Shown here: positions 62,740-64,000 of the stretch, piece by piece | Numbering within the stretch: the stretch's first letter is position 1 | How the letters are laid out: each line of letters opens with the position of its first letter | Assembly (NCBI GenBank): GCA_003161435.1 | Contig: PMOS01000038.1 | Location: 36,605 to 100,604 of the forward strand | Origin: Vulcanimicrobiota bacterium | Lineage (GTDB): Bacteria; Vulcanimicrobiota; Vulcanimicrobiia; Vulcanimicrobiales; Vulcanimicrobiaceae | Direction of reading: 5' to 3' | Length of the DNA: 64,000 nt | The notes under the pieces: generated by a model | Seen by the model: the letters and a program-made list of their open reading frames with translations, nothing else | The model's database searches: none | What the model was told of the DNA's origin: nothing | Program-made: the position numbers and the translations under genes

Positions 62740-63444
62740 ATGACCGGAGCATCACGGGCCGCCGTCGTTGCCGCCGTGCTGATCTGCGCCGTCACGGCGA
62801 GCTGCGCCAAGCACGAGGAAACCCAGACAACGACGGCCCCGCCGGCGCATCGGCTCGTCGTGAACCCGAGCGACTTTCCGCTCTACCCCGGCAGCGGCGT
62901 GATCACCGTCGTCCCAGTGGATTCGACGCAGATGTTCGCGGCGATACGCAAGGCCGATCCTCAGGCCAGCGTGCCGCCCAAGAATTACCGCGGCCACGAG
63001 ATCATCGCGCAGACGAATGCCTCAATGGCACAGCTCAGCGCCTGGGTCGTCTCGCTGCAGAAGTCACCGCCGGCCGGTTTTCATGCGTCGAAGGACCACA
63101 TCGACGTCTCGCGCGGTGACGCGAACGGCTGGTCGTCGAAGACGGTAGACGGCGGAGCGTTCGACGCGTCCGGCGCGCAGCGCTCGGTCTACGTGTTCGT
63201 CGCCGACCCGACGCGCATCCGCGCCCAGATGGGTCCGGCCTTCGACTTGATCGACAACTACGCGAAGGTGCCCGGCATGCTGCGCGGCACGATCGACGAT
63301 CAGGCGAAGCAGCAAATGGGCTACAGTGTAACCGAAATGCTCGACCCCAACAGCCCGGTCGGCGCGGTCGTCACCGCGGTCAAACGACTCCAGGGCACCG
63401 GCCGCCGCGCCATCCTCCTCATCGACGAATCCCAGACAAAATAA
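62740..63444 (+). CDS. Hypothetical lipoprotein
   Basis: Hydrophobic signal with TASC lipobox-like Cys; clean ORF. Confidence 0.6.
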   Translation: MTGASRAAVVAAVLICAVTASCAKHEETQTTTAPPAHRLVVNPSDFPLYPGSGVITVVPVDSTQMFAAIRKADPQASVPPKNYRGHEIIAQTNASMAQLSAWVVSLQKSPPAGFHASKDHIDVSRGDANGWSSKTVDGGAFDASGAQRSVYVFVADPTRIRAQMGPAFDLIDNYAKVPGMLRGTIDDQAKQQMGYSVTEMLDPNSPVGAVVTAVKRLQGTGRRAILLIDESQTK

Positions 63445-63470
63445 GCCGCTGGGCCGTTAGCGCGAGGCGG

Positions 63471-64000
63471 TCAGCGCGACGTTTTGGCGAGGGCGACGGT
63501 GGCGTAGGCGGCGATGCCTGCGACCAATGCTTTCTCGTCGATGTCGAACGCCGGATGGTGGTTGGGGAACGTGTGCGTCGCGTCTCCTGCGCCGAGGAAC
63601 CAGAAGCACGCCGGGACGACTTGCGCGTAGTACGAGAAGTCTTCGCTGCCCATCACGGGCGGCGACTCCAGCACGCGAGCTTCGCCGAATTCCGCCGCGA
63701 GCGCGGCGCGCACGAACGCCGCTTCGGTGGGGTCGTTCGCGGTTACCGGGTACGACGGATGCCAATCGAGCGCGCAAGTCGCCTTCGCGGCGGCGCACGT
63801 GTGCTCGGCGATGCGGCGGATCCCCGCCTCCATCGCGCTGCGCGTCGCATCGCTGAACGACCGCACCGTGCCCTTGAGCGCGACGCGCGGCGGGATCACG
63901 TTGTAGGTCGTGCCACCGTTGATCGCGCCGATCGTCAGAACGGCGGGCTCGAGCGGATCGATCTCGCGGCTGACGACGCGCTGCATCGACGTCACCACGT
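63471..64000 (-). CDS. M20 family amidohydrolase, 5' end cut by the window edge
   Basis: NVIP, GTVRSF, MGSEDFSYY, HHPAFDIDE. Confidence 0.9.
   Translation of the reverse strand, partial: VVTSMQRVVSREIDPLEPAVLTIGAINGGTTYNVIPPRVALKGTVRSFSDATRSAMEAGIRRIAEHTCAAAKATCALDWHPSYPVTANDPTEAAFVRAALAAEFGEARVLESPPVMGSEDFSYYAQVVPACFWFLGAGDATHTFPNHHPAFDIDEKALVAGIAAYATVALAKTSR

Overview
High-GC bacterial chromosomal window. The mix of a TonB-dependent receptor with Terrabacteria-like housekeeping genes suggests Candidatus Eremiobacterota/Vulcanimicrobiota, but this is inference only. Core genes are uvrB, prs-rplY-pth, thyX, glmU, gltX, trpS and infC-rpmI-rplT. The window also holds a Liv-type ABC transporter, an almost complete purine-degradation set (xanthine dehydrogenase, add, 8-oxoguanine deaminase, puuD, uraH, uraD, puuE, allantoate amidohydrolase), a split B12 acyl-CoA mutase with isobutyryl-CoA-mutase specificity residues plus meaB, and a tricorn protease. 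Best discovery candidate: a stand-alone Abi_2/AbiF-like HEPN gene (30043-30717, minus). Its start overlaps a near-consensus divergent sigma70 promoter that appears to drive a ~50-nt structured, self-terminating RNA (30744-30794), a candidate RNA-antitoxin toxin-antitoxin or defence module. Second candidate: a 448-aa HNH intein with an extra HTH-like insert, sitting in the ThyX active-site motif. Also seen: three point-disrupted genes between 7.4 and 11.3 kb (including an in-frame TAG in a carotenoid oxygenase), REP-like repeats (one inside a CDS), and several predicted pseudo-enzymes. No CRISPR array, tRNA, rRNA, transposase or integrase was found. All calls come from reading sequence and motifs; no database searches were run.
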